A DNA stretch of 64,000 nucleotides. It comes from the human T2T-CHM13v2.0 reference genome, Homo sapiens. Positions 1-12,205 of the stretch are shown piece by piece (within the stretch, counting starts at the first letter, position 1; each line of letters begins with the position of its first letter). Under the pieces are notes generated by a model that did not search any database, was not told the DNA's origin, and saw nothing but the letters and a program-made list of their open reading frames with translations. The stretch lies in the NCBI RefSeq assembly GCF_009914755.1, contig NC_060938.1; one strand, written 5' to 3'. Made by a program: the position numbers and the translations under genes.

Positions 1-224
1 GAGAGAGTTACACCAGCCATGTCCATATGCACCTTTAACAGAGCCTGATTTAATTCAGCTGGGGTGGGGTCCAGTGCTGGCTTTTTTTTTTTTTTTAACT
101 TTCTATATAACTCTAATGTGTAGCCAATGTTGAAAACTATTACACATTTGGAAAAAAGTCTTCCTTGTAGAGACATTTAAAGGCATAAGGGTCCTGTGCA
201 CATGCAGCCTTCGGTTAAACCAGA

Positions 225-578
225 GGAACAGCAAACGAAGGCCCTTGGGCTTAGTATCGCCTATGCGCACCATGTGTTTTTGTATGACCCATACAAGATT
301 GTTTTTGCATTTTTGAGCGGTTGAAAAATATTTAAAAGAATAATATTTGATGATACGTGGGAGTTATATGAGATTCACAATTTGGTATCTGTGAATAAAG
401 TTTTATTGACACACAGCTATGCTCATTTACAAGTTATTGTCTATAGCTGCTCATATGTTCAACAGTCAACGTTTATATGTTTTGTGCTTCATTGGTAGAG
501 CAGTTGCAACAGAGATTGTATGGCCTGCAAAGCCTAAAATATATACTGTCTGGTCCTTACAGAAAATTTGCTGATTTT
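225..578. mobile_element. MER58-type hAT-Charlie DNA transposon fossil
   Basis: Contains 'aataaagttttattg', 'gttgcaacagaga..tatggcctgcaaagcctaaaatat' and 'cagaaaatttgctga', typical of MER58; boundaries approximate. Confidence 0.75.
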
Positions 579-714
579 TGAGTTAAATCCTAGGAGAAGA
601 GGACCATTGCACATATACTTCTGTTTAATCCATGCAATGCCAGATGGGACCCCTTAAAACCAAGAAGCCTACAGAAGCAAAGATTTTTTTAAAAAAGATA
701 AAATTCAGCATTAC

Positions 715-1210
715 TGTGGTTGTGGGGGAAGGGACACTTTCATACACAGCCAAGGGGAGCATCGGTAGGCCTTTTGTTAGTCTGCAACAAGGACCTTAAC
801 AATGTTCATATGCTTTGGCCGGCCCATTCTATTTCTAGAAATGAGTCTTGTGGAAACTCTCAATTATATGTGCAGTTTTATCTACCAGGATTTTATTGCA
901 AAATCATAATATGAAAAAAAACCCACAAAAATCTAATTGTCCAACAATAGAGGGTGTTTTAATAAATTGCGCTATATCCACATACAGCTATAAAATGGAT
1001 ACGATGGAAGAAGAGATAATGATACAGGAAAGTGTCTATGGTCTATAAAGTGAAAAATAAGCCATAAAAAACCTATGAGCAGAAAAATTTTACTTTATCA
1101 AAAAGCAATACATATCTATATGATACCTCAAATGATGATAATGTCTAATTCTAGGTAATTTTAATTTTTTCCTGTTTTTCTATATTTTTCAAATTTTCTG
1201 CACTGAACAG
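715..1210 (+). mobile_element. Old L1 (L1M-class) 3' fragment
   Basis: A-rich degenerate L1 3' motifs, e.g. 'ccattctatttctagaaat' and 'ctaattgtccaacaatagaggg'. Confidence 0.55.
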
Positions 1211-2110
1211 GAGTTAAAGTGGTAGTGCTATTGAGAGGTAATTCCCTAAGATCAGTGCAGTATGGGAGACGGTCTTAGCTGTGGAGTGAGAAACTTGAAT
1301 ATCCCAGGACCCCTCCTCGTCTCCACCTGCTGGATGGGCTTGAAGATACTGCACAAAAGACATGGCGTTCTCTGCCCTAGGCAATGAAGTGTGTTGTGAA
1401 AAACAAAGACTTCCAAACCGTGGGACCTGAATATGACTCCAGCTTTGATCACTTATTTGCTCAGTAATTGTAGCCATTTTGAGGGTCATTTTGATCCTCT
1501 GAAAGGCAGGGACCAAAAGAAGTCTTCCTGATGAGGTTTCCTTGAGGATTGATGAGGGAGCTTATGGAAAGGCAACAGGTGCAGTCCCTGGGTCAGGCGC
1601 ATGTGCCAGAACCTTACCCTGATCTTTCAAAGTTGTTCTACTTGAAACCTCTTGAACATGTTGTATTTTTCTAATCATGCCCTTTTGTCTAAGGGCAAGA
1701 AGTTATGGCTGCAGTTTCATGCACTCAGAACATCTGTCCTGAAAGCGAGTCCCTCATGCATCTGCACAGATTCTCCTAGGCTCTGCTCCCATATGCAGCG
1801 TCTTCAGTAGATGCAAGTTCCTGATGCTGCTCTCCAGGGCACGTGTGTGCTCTGTCCTTCCACATGCCTTATACGGGGGTCCTAGAGTGACAGGAGGCAA
1901 ATGCTCCTCAGCCCTACCTTAGCCATAATAAACACCCTAGGGGTGACAGATGAAGCTGGGCCCGTAGGCACTGTGCCCCGGTCACCTGTTACTGCATGCC
2001 CTGCCCTGAGCAGATAGTGGAGGGGACTTGACAGCTACACAAGGACTAGAGGCCTTTGGTTCACATGCTGTGAATCACAACAATGTGAGCACTGCACATG
2101 GAGCACTTGC

Positions 2111-2375
2111 TGTGGCTGGCAGAGTAATGTCCACACTCTAATCCCTGGAACCTGGGAATGTGTTCTCTCACATGACAAAGAGGTAATTAGGGTACAGGTG
2201 GAATTAAGGTTGTTAATCAGTTGACCTTAAACTAGGGAGATTGTCTTTGATTATCTGGTGGCTCAAAGTCATCACAAGCATCCTTAAATGTGGAAGGGGG
2301 ACAGGCAGAAGAAGAGGGTTGGGGAAAATATGATGATGGAAGAACAGACAGAAAGATGCTTACAGCATTGTTGGT
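2111..2375 (+). mobile_element. MLT1 (MaLR) LTR fragment
   Basis: 'ctaatccctggaacctg', 'ggaattaaggttgttaatcagttgacctt', 'agggagatt..ttgattatctggtgg' match the MLT1D/E 5' half. Confidence 0.7.
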
Positions 2376-2485
2376 TCAGGGCAGTGGATATCCAGTCTCT
2401 GCTTGAGTGCCTTCAGTGATGGGGAATTCAGTCTTAACCACAGAATGCACCCAGGTCTTGGACAGCTCTGCCTATTGAAAAGATA

Positions 2486-2620
2486 TTTTTGTTTGTTTCT
2501 TTTTAGAGACAGAGTCTTGCTATGTTGCCCAGGCTGGTTTCAAACTCCTGGCTTCAAGCAATCCTCTCATGTTAGCCTCCCAAGTAGCTGGAATTACAGG
2601 CACACACCACTGTGCCTGGC
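2486..2620 (-). mobile_element. Alu monomer (FLAM-like), inserted in a probable L3/CR1 fragment
   Basis: T-rich tail followed by 'agagacagagtcttgctatgttgcccaggctgg...attacaggc'; single arm only. Confidence 0.85.
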
Positions 2621-3689
2621 TGGAGAGATTTTTCTGATTCAGCATGTTCATTGTAATCTGCCACCATGAGACCACTATTCTTGGGAAGACCCTCAGAATG
2701 TGTTTGTTCCCCATCCCCTACAACAAGCATTGAGAAGCATGTGGACACAGCTCACATGTCCCCTTGGTCTTCTCCTCTCCACCCTGAATGTCCTTAGTCC
2801 TCCACCATTTCTAACCTGACATAGTTTCAAGCCCCACGCCATCTTTTCACTCCAGCTGTTTTGTGTCCCTTCCCAAGGCTTGTGCCCAAGACTTCTCCGT
2901 TCTTCCAGATGACCTGTGCTTTCTGGAGGAGCTAGAACTATCCCTGCTCCCACCCTAGGTATGGTATTTTTACAGATCAGCCTCAGGCAGATGTTTTTCT
3001 AGAGGCTGCAAACCAGTCTTGAGTTATATTGGGTTTACTGTTGACTAAAACCACCAATTCTTTCCATCACTGGCAGGTTCTGAGACCCGTGTTACACAAC
3101 CAACCCCCATGTCATTCATTCATCAACCGATACTCATTGCACTCTTTCTTTGGGCTGTGCTGTGCTCTTGATTCTAGGAATCCTGCAATGGAAAAAAACA
3201 ATGTTCTTGGCCTCACATTCTAGACTATACTCAAGGCCCATGTACAAGCTTTTCATTTAGGCCAGCAACAATTCGTTTTGTTGGAATGTCGTTTAGTCCA
3301 CAGAGGCCTCTGGGGAGCTTGACTCTGCTGCCCAGCATCTTCTCCACCCCCAGATTTTGTCAGGCTTGTTCCTTCTTGGCAGCTCTCATCAGACCAAGCC
3401 CTAAGGACCCCAGTTGGCCCTAGCATGAGACAGACACATCGTCTTCACCTTGCCTGTGTTTGGTCTGTAGTTATAGGAACACTCTCTCATGAGCCAGCTG
3501 GACTGGAGCACAGCATTCTTTGAATCTCAGGAGGTTTTCCACGAAAGCAGAAAGCCCCTTGTCTCTTCTCACCTCTCATCTTTCTTTACTTCTTATCTTC
3601 TCAATTGCATTATGAAGACAAACTAAAGCCATGTGCTTATTGATCTGCCCCAATAACCTCCTGGAGGACCAGGACCATGCCCTAATATT

Positions 3690-3930
3690 GATAAGAATTT
3701 GTACTAGCTGAGTGTTTATTGTGCACCGTCCTTTTTGATGGCCCTATGCATAGGGAATAGCCCTATGCAATGGGTACTCTTAATAGCCCCCTGACAGATA
3801 AGGAAGCTGAGACTGGAAGAAATTACGAAGCCCACTCAGGACTGGTTGCAGCTGAGAAGCAGAGAGGCTGGGATTTAACCTCAAAGGCATCTGGTCTTAG
3901 AACCTGGGCTTCTGAGCACTGTGCTGCACT
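3690..3930 (-). mobile_element. MIR SINE
   Basis: 'acagataaggaagctgagactgga...ctgggatttaacctc' is the reverse MIR core. Confidence 0.65.
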
Positions 3931-5139
3931 ATTATTTTCATGTCTGTGCACCCAGAATTGAGTCTAATGCTTACCACGTTGTAGATGCCCAAGAAATGTT
4001 TGCTGAAATAAATGATTGACTCAGGGTTATGTCAGGTGAGGGACAGCCAGCTAGGGAGCTGCTTTCAGCTCAGCCTAAAGTGTCCACATAATCAGGTCCT
4101 TCCTTAAATGGGGTTGTCTCAGCAATGCCAGTCAAAGAGCAATGAAAGCTAGAATGGGGACCCAGACACTGTTCAGCTGAGGTTGCACAGGGTTAAGCTA
4201 TCATACCCAAGGTCAAGAGCAGGGTGGAGAATGGAAGACACAGTCATAAGGCTGGGAGCTGGAAGGGGAGCTTGAGAAAGAAGCAGGGAGGGGGACAGGG
4301 CTTTAATGGGGACCAGGACTGGCTCTGCACGGCTTCCTGTTCCAGGGGGCTGGGATCTGGGCATCAGTAGATCGACCTGGGATAAAGGCCCAGGGTCTTT
4401 CAAGATGATGGCACACCCCTAATCTGAAATGGAAGTAGAGCCCTCTGGGAAGCTGCCATTTTGCAGAATTGCTCAGGTGGAGGCCAGGCTCATCTGGAGC
4501 CCTCCTCCTAAACTGAGACAGCTGTTCCTGAGAAGTGGCCCATCTAGGGCCCTCTGTGGGAAGTTTAGGAACTCGCATCTTCAATTCTGTATGTTGTTAT
4601 TGATCTTCCAAATAAATGTGGACCCAAGTCTTCCTTCATTCAAAATTCATTTGTTCTGAGTTGGGGATCACTTGGAAAGAGGTTGGGTTGGATTTCACCT
4701 TCCTTTTTTCCTGCAGAATAAATGAAACTGCAGGCGGCATGGGTAGCTCACCCAAGACAGTGATTGAGATGGGCACATTTTACTAAGTGGGGTGTTTCAT
4801 TGGCACGTGGATTATTTATCCTTGGATACAGAATCCTCTGAGATATCTACCCATCAACACTTTAGTAGTCATATAGAAGCTACTCTAATGGCAATTATAA
4901 TTGTTATTATTTTGGGGTGTTTCCTGAATGACAAGTACTGTGATAAGAGTTTTTCGTGCATTTCTCTTGTCCTTCTTAAAAACAGAGCAAATGAAGAATC
5001 ATAGAGGTTAGGAAGTTTGTTCAGGTCACACAGCCATTTGGTGACAGTATCTACAGCTTCTTAACCATGTCCCCATCAGAGGAGCTCATCAGAGTTGGAG
5101 CAGGTGGATGGTTATAGTCATCACCACGTGTTCACAGTG

Positions 5140-5445
5140 ACACCTCACTGAGCCTCAGTTTTGTCATCTAGAAAATAATAATTTGCATGATCTAGGAATA
5201 ATAATTTGCATGATCTCATAGGATTGTAGTGGTGGATAAATTATTGTTTCTTCCTAACATTTATTATAATTTGTATTTTTCCACTTGTGTTTTTACTTGG
5301 TTTTGTCTGTTTTTCCCACTAATATGTGAACTCCACAAGCCCAGAGTCTGTCATTTTGTTAGCTGTGGAATCCCCAGATCTTAGCACAATTCCTGGCACA
5401 GAGAGTTGGCATTCGGTCAATATTTGCTAAATGAATGAATGAATG
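5140..5445 (+). mobile_element. MIR fragment followed by an L2 3' end
   Basis: 'ctgagcctcagttttgtcatct', then 'cctggcacagagagttggcattcggtcaatatttgctaaatgaatgaatgaatga'. Confidence 0.7.
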
Positions 5446-5809
5446 ATGCACAATGAAAATGGAACCTGGCATACACTGGACATGTACTTCCCTGCTTCCT
5501 CCGGAATTAGTTCCTGGTAGCTGGGTGGGGCTCTTGGAGTTTTGCAGGGAAAGGGGGACACAGGGAGTGTTGCACAACGTACCCTGATTCCATAAGGTTG
5601 ATTGGTTTTCAAAATCAGTGCCTAGGGAGAAGGAGAGACAGACAGCTTGGCAGTATTCACTAGATGCTGGGCTTTGTATTCTTTGAATTGCCCATAAAAT
5701 CCCTCAAACATATGCCATCATTTCTCCATGTGACACTTCCAAAGTAGCTTTCATATCTCATCATACTGAATAAATGTCAATGATAGGACTGGAAAATCCA
5801 CAAAATAAT

Positions 5810-6000
5810 AGTAATAATAACAATAATAGCAACTTCCATTTATAGAGTGCTTGCTATGTAACCAGGGTTACAAAAAACACCTTATAGGATTTAGTTAATT
5901 GTTAGAAAATGCTAAGAGGAGAATATGATGATCTCTATTTTTCTGTAAGGAAACTGAGATTCAATTTGCCCCAAATCACACAGCTTGTAACTAGTGGAAT
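5810..6000 (-). mobile_element. MIR SINE
   Basis: 'atttatagagtgcttgctatgtaaccagg...aaggaaactgag...ttgccccaaatcacacagcttgtaa'. Confidence 0.7.
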
Positions 6001-6169
6001 TTCCCTTTGCACCCAGGGTTTCCCTTGTTTTCTTACATCACAACTGTACCCTTGGTATCTACAGGACAGGCTCCTGACAATCTCAGTTCTCCACATTACT
6101 CCCATGAACCCAAGCATAAACAAAGGCCTTTCCAGAGCTGAAAAAGTGATCATAAAGATGCTCTCTAAA

Positions 6170-6492
6170 GCCCTACTCTGGGGCAGTAAAGGCAGCGAGT
6201 AGCTGCTGAGGGTAGTTTTGCAGTCATATTTATACCTACTTTTAATTACATGTAGATTAAGTGGTGGATTATGCAGAAATTTCTAGGAAAGGGATAATAA
6301 CTTTTGAGTCTTCAGGTCATTGTCATGGAAAGGGACAGGAACTCCCCAGTGTTGCCATGGCAATGGTAACTGACATGGCACACTGGTAGGCGTGCCTTAT
6401 CAAAAGCTGCTTCTGTCCTGGCCCTGTTTTAGCTAGTCCTCAATTGGGTCCAGTGTCCAAGCCCCACATTTAGAATCCCACCTCCTACCTCA
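6170..6492 (-). mobile_element. ERV1-class LTR fragment (MER41/LTR19-like; subfamily uncertain)
   Basis: Minus strand starts TGAGGTAGGAGGTGGGA and includes 'ttaccattgccatggcaacac' and a 'gtataaatatgactgcaaaact' TATA region. Confidence 0.65.
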
Positions 6493-6494
6493 CT

Positions 6495-6980
6495 AGGACC
6501 CCTTTACATGCTTATAAATTAATGAGAACCCTAAAGAGCTTTTATGTGGGTGATAGTTATCAATATTTACTATGTCAGAAATAAAAACTGAGAAATCACA
6601 AAAATGTTTACAAATTCATTAAAAATAATAATAAATCCATTAACTGCAAATGTAAATTGAAAGATATATGTATTTCTTTCTTTTTTTTTTTTAACAAAAT
6701 TTTCTTTCCAAAACAAGACAAAAAAACCTTAGTGAAAAAATGACCTCATTTAACATTTCTGCACATTTCTTCAATGCCTGACTTATCAGAAGACAGTTGG
6801 ATCTTCGTATCTGGCCCCACATTTGTTGTAAGATGTTGCTTTGGTTGCAGTACAGTTGATGTACATAGGAAAAAGATCTGTTCTTATACATAAAAGAAAC
6901 AGGAAAATGGAGGACCTGGGTGCCCCCTGAGAGGTTCTGTGATCTCAGGGGTCCTCAGGGCACACTTTAAGAATGGCTAT
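6495..6980. mobile_element. hAT DNA transposon fossil (Charlie4-like)
   Basis: 'ggacccctttac..gagaaccctaaagagctttt..tatcaatatttac' and terminal 'cacactttaagaatggct'. Confidence 0.6.
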
Positions 6981-8689
6981 CCTAGGCAGAGAGGACAGCC
7001 TCTCCTAAGGCCAGGAGGCAGGCCGCAGCTTGCATTGTTTGGGGAATTGATCACGCACAGCTCAGCATTACCAGAGCATACTGGGAAAGGCCCCAATGGG
7101 AAGGGGTCCCTGAAGTGATGGGTGGGGAGAACCCAGATGCCTGGTGGTCCATGCTACAGCCAGCAGGTGATGGAAAGCCACTGAAGGTTTTAAGCAGGGA
7201 ATGCGTGGGCAGCTGGCATTTGTAAGGCGCCCCCTGACTGCTGGGGGGAAGGGGTTAGTGAGGAAGGGCTGGGGGGAAAAAGCTGGAAACTGCTGCAGTG
7301 GTCCAGGTGACTGGCGACCTGCTGCTAGAACCTCCTGGTGCTGCTCTGTCACTGGGTTACATCTCAGCACACAGCCGCAGTTCGTACTGATGGCCCTGAG
7401 CCAACGAGACAAGGTTAATCACACTGAATAGGCTGTTTTAAGAACAGACTAAATGTTTCCATTAAAATAATTAAAATCTTAAAACGTTTTGGGGCTCAAA
7501 GGTATATGTTTCAGTTACCTGGAAAATCTACTTGGTGAAACAGTTCATTTTCTGACGATCCCAGAGAAATAAGATATTACCGTATTTTCTCTATACAGTG
7601 GGACTTGATGGCAAAAATACCATTTAGCAAACAGACAGGGCCCAGTCCTCCAGAGATTTCCCCGCCCAGTAGTTCCGTGACCTCAGATACAGGCTTGGGC
7701 TCCCCATGCCTCAGTTTCTCCATCTATAATAAGGGAACAGCAATTTCTACACTGGTGATGAAATGAAATCCACGGAGGTTCAGTCAACGCCCTTTCATTT
7801 CCTTTGACCACTTGTGTCAATTTCCCACAGAGTTGCAAACAGTGTTCGTTCTACCAGGGGTCTGACTGACAGCATTTGAAGCTGAGCTCTCAGCCTGCTT
7901 TGAAACCTCTGGCTCTGTATGGCTGGTCTTTGATCCCAAGCATCCTTTTCTACAACTATCCATAAGTCCTGGCACGCAGCATACAACTGGGGACTCTGAT
8001 GTTGAAAACATTCACACCAGAAGGGAGTGAATGTCAGCTGGGCTTATATAGATTTGGGAACCCTTCTCCTCACCATTCTCAGGTGGCCTTTATGCCCCAG
8101 CGGAGAGCCATGTGGGCCACTTGCAGGCCAGCCCTACTTGGTGGTTTTGAGCCACGGCTATAAATGGTCTCCAAGACCAGGATTCCATGGAAGTGTCCTA
8201 GGAGCCACCAGGGGCATGGAAGAGGGTGGGGGGGCACCATGGTGTGGGGGCTGGGGAGCATAAATCCCAGGTTCCAGGCCCTTACCACACTTTAGCAGTA
8301 GCTGTTGTCTGATGTGCTTCTCAGTTGGGGTGGGTGTCATGTTAGCGTAACTGACAAAATGAGTCCTGCAAAACAACAGCAACGACAAAACACCAAATTT
8401 TTCTTGTCTCAAATTCAGGACCGGTTAGATTAGCAGGAGGAAACTGAATAATTATCAACTTCCACAGGATCTTTGAATTCCTCTGGGGTCTCTCTCTAGG
8501 CCACCTAGACAGGTGGGGTGCCTTCCTGTCTTGGGGCACAAAAGACCTCTGACCCCCTCTTTGCCAAGCATTCTGCTCCCAAATCTCCTTTGGCTCAGAA
8601 AATGCTCCTGACCCCAGGGTCTCCTCCTGACCAATGTACCTGGAGTGCTTCCCGGACGAACCTGTCCTAGTGGGAGAAGCGACTGTAGG

Positions 8690-8880
8690 GAAAGGAGCAG
8701 TACCCAGGTTCAAATCCCAGCTCTGCCACTACTGGCTGTGGGACTTGGGGGCAGTCCCTCCAGTTCTCCAAACTTCAATTTCCCCAATAGTGAAAGAATA
8801 CCATGATTTTTCTTTGGTAAATGAGATCTAATAAGCAGAAGCACCAGGCACATGATAAATAGATGCTCAGTGAACAGCCT
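8690..8880 (+). mobile_element. MIR SINE
   Basis: 'ggttcaaatcccagctctgccactactggctgtgggacttggg'. Confidence 0.75.
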
Positions 8881-8915
8881 GATTTTGAGATTCCTAAAAT
8901 ACATAGAATAAAATG

Positions 8916-8917
<2 letters not shown>

Positions 8918-8953
<36 letters not shown>
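8918..8953. repeat. (TG)n microsatellite
   Basis: Directly visible. Confidence 0.98.
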
Positions 8954-8956
<3 letters not shown>

Positions 8957-9212
8957 AGGAGGTGGTGGTACAAAGTGAAGGATTTAGGGGTGCAGAATCT
9001 ATGCCTTTCTCCTTTTCTGGGAGTAGGGGTTCTGTCCAGGGACTTGTTCGGAAGGATCAGAAAATTTCAGCCAAAATACTGCTTACCACTGCCATCTTTC
9101 TATTTTTGCCTCTCTGCACTGGAGTATGACTGGTTATTAAAATGAAAAATTCTCTCCTCCTCACCCACAGCAGCTGTTTCATTATGTTTTGCATTTTTCT
9201 CAGTCTAAATGT

Positions 9213-9400
9213 TAGCTCTTGTCCTGGGCAGTGACTTTCCTAATTTCTTTAATGTATATATCTCTATTGACATTGTGATGGATGATAACAGACTTCCGCG
9301 GAGGAACGAAACAGCCTTGCAGGGCCATTCGGACCTACTGGGGAAAGAGCAAGGATTAAATAACCAATTATAAATGGATATTTACCTGATAGATTAGGAT
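9213..9400 (+). repeat. Left arm of a 188-bp inverted repeat (partner 10337-10524)
   Basis: Manual ungapped alignment to the reverse complement of 10337-10524: 163/188 identical. Confidence 0.95.
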
Positions 9401-9902
9401 GGTTGACTTTAGAGTAGTCTTGCTCTATTAGGCAAATGATCTATGCTCCACAAAGGTTTATAAATATGTATTGCACTAAAAGACTCAAGTCCTGGTAATA
9501 ATTAATATGCATTTCGTAGCATTCCATTAAAAACTTCGTCCTCCTCTTGATTTTTCAGAAGAAAATGAGCTTAAAATAATGCTGCAGCCATCAGTCGCTT
9601 GTCTTCTGAGTAATATGGTGAAAGGGGCACTGTTGGATTAACTTGTCCAAATGGCTCAGTCTCACGGGTTCCTCCTCCTAGGCTCCCCTTTATCTCACTT
9701 TTCTGCAGCATCTTCTCAGCGACAAAGTCAGAACCACAAACCATGATTGGCTCCTGATTTTGCACGTGAAATCGGTCACAAAGCTTTATCCTTCTCCCAT
9801 CCTGTTTCAGTATTTTATTGCTGCCAGGGTTACACTTCCATCTGAAAAATCTACACGTTACTCCTCTTCCCAGAAACACTCTACAGCTCTGTGAGGCTTT
9901 AG

Positions 9903-10162
9903 TAGCATTTCCCAATTTCTATTCTTTAGAACACAAATCCCATGAGATCTCTCTCTTAAAATGATTAAAAAGATGCTATGATGAAATATTGGGGAACTAT
10001 TATATCTTTTGTATTCCCTCTTGGGAATGCCTGTGTGCACTAAAATATTAAAGGCTCTGAGAAGTCCTGCAGGGTTTATCCTAGCGTCTCCCAAGTTTAT
10101 TTCGGTAAAACCTATTAGTACCTTATGGAATTGCTTCATGGAGCATACTTTGGTAAATCCTG
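9903..10162. mobile_element. MER103-like hAT MITE
   Basis: 'tagcatttcccaa' start, 'atattaaaggctctgagaagtcctgcag' core, 'catggagcatactttggtaaatcctg' end. Confidence 0.7.
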
Positions 10163-10336
10163 GCTCACAAGATAAGCCTCGAATTCCCTATCTTGGCCAG
10201 TGGAGCCCTTTATGACCTCTAGGCTACCTTTCCAAATTCATTTCGGCTGGTCCTTTGTCCCATTCCCATTACAGACCATTCCTCATTTTTAGTGTGTGCA
10301 ATTTTCACGCATCCTTCTTACTTCCCCTCCTAATCT

Positions 10337-10524
10337 ATCCCAATCTATCAGGTAAATATTCATTTGTAATTGGCTATTTAATCCTTGCTCTTTTCCCAGT
10401 GGGTCTGCGTGGCCCTGCAAGGCGGCTTCATTCCTCTGCGGAAGTCGGTTATCAGCTATCACAATGTCAATGGAGATATATCCACGAAATAAATTAAGAG
10501 AATTACTGCCCAGGACAAGAGCTA
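10337..10524 (-). repeat. Right arm of the 188-bp inverted repeat (partner 9213-9400)
   Basis: Same alignment as for the left arm. Confidence 0.95.
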
Positions 10525-11989
10525 TTCTCGACCTTGTAAACTCTGATTTAAACTTCAAAAACCAGATTAAATATCACTTCTATGCAACTGCCAATTCCAC
10601 ACTCACACCCCTTCCTAACTTTAACATTTTTTCTACGCACCTCTACCATCGTACTATTTTTATTTTAGCTTGGTCTATATTCGAATTACTTGTTTATTTC
10701 CCCATTTCACTAGGAGGACTGGGAGACAAAAGCTTTTTTTTTATTCTTTTTCTCTGCCTCTACAGCCTAAACAGTTCTCAGCACATAGTTCATGTGAAAT
10801 GAGTATTTGCTGAAGAAACTTACAGATCAAGTCACCCAAAGTAAGTTCTTATTGCTCTCATTTGTGTTTTGAGCTTTCTGTGCATGACTGTGTGAATTAT
10901 TTAAGCGACAGAACCTGAGGGAAAAACTGGGCCGCCTGGTGTTGTCCGGTTTCATCGTTGCAAAGAGAGCTTTGCAGGAAGGAAGCATGCAGCCTTCTCC
11001 TGCTACCCATCCCCTCTCTGGCCTTGATGAATGAAGCCAGTTGACTCATGGCTCGAGAAGCACCCATTTGATATACTCGTTTGAAAGAGCTATTGGATAT
11101 TATTTTAACAGAGATATTAACATTATGCTCCCATTGTAGATTTCCTGATTCCTTATGTCTGAGAAAGTGCTTTTAGCCTTGGCTCAAAGGCAGCGGTACT
11201 GGAATAAATGCTCTTCCAACGGTACCTGGACCCCCATGAATATAAGATGCTTTATCTCTGGGGACCATCCAGGCAAGCCAAGCTTTAAATAAATAAAATG
11301 AATGCTCTCGTCACACAGGATGCCTACGAGCCAAGCGTTTTCAGCCTTCTAATATGGATGTGAAGCCTGATTTTGGATGGAGGCGAGAGAGGATAATATA
11401 ATAGAGGCAGGAGGCCACAGCTCTGCATCAAAGTAGCAGAGCTTCTTAATGGGATCCTGGACAGGGCGATGACTTGACTCTATAAACCCATCAGTTTTAT
11501 TGTCCAAACGCCATTTGTACATTTTATGGGAGAGCCTCTTTAACTGGAGGGAAATACTAATTGTAACATTTTAAATATCCACTAGATAGGCATCATGTCT
11601 AATCTCCATCTTCCCCTCTCTCTCTCTCTCTCTCTCTCTGTCTGGTGTGTGCCCCCTTCTGTGCGTGCACGATCAAGAAATGTTGGTCCTCACTGATGGA
11701 AATAATTGATTGCAATACAAAAAGATGCGTGTCACAACCTCTTTTTATCCTCAACTGGGAGTGGGGGCATATTCGGTTTATATTCTTTAGTTGAAATACT
11801 TTTGTCTTCATCATCTGTTTCTACAGCTTGGAAGAGTTCCCAGAGGGCTCAATGTGACCCTGGTCAAAGATCAGCTAAAGATGGGGTAAATTCCAGAGAG
11901 AGACAACCACAGCGTCTGCCCTGAGCCTTTGAGAATCCAAAGTGGGCAGTCTACTCTTACTTTAGTTTTGTCTCAGTTTTATTTTAGAT

Positions 11990-12205
11990 CGAGGGTCAGC
12001 AAACTAGGGTCTGTGGGGGCACCCACCTGCTTTTGTCATTAGCATTTCCCTGGGACTCAGCCATGCCCATGGGTTTGCATCTTATCTAAGGCTGCCTCCC
12101 AGCCACAGTGGCAGAGTGGAGTAGTTGCAACAAAGACAGCGTCAACCGCAAGCCCCACATTTTTACCTCCTTGCCCATTTCGAAGACAAGTTGCAGACTC
12201 TTGGC
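11990..12205. mobile_element. MER58A-like MITE
   Basis: 'gagggtcagcaaacta', 'ggcagagtggagtagttgcaacaaagac', 'aagttgcagactcttg'. Confidence 0.75.

Noticed and set aside
7224-8220. CTCF-like strings (gcgccccctgactg near 7226; ccaccaggggcat near 8205)
   Set aside because: Only partial matches to the core motif; cannot be supported without PWM scoring or ChIP data
9213-10524. Inverted repeat read as the TIRs of a single DNA transposon
   Set aside because: No TSD, no recognisable hAT or Tc1-mariner termini, no transposase remnant; kept only as an alternative for a Dfam search to test
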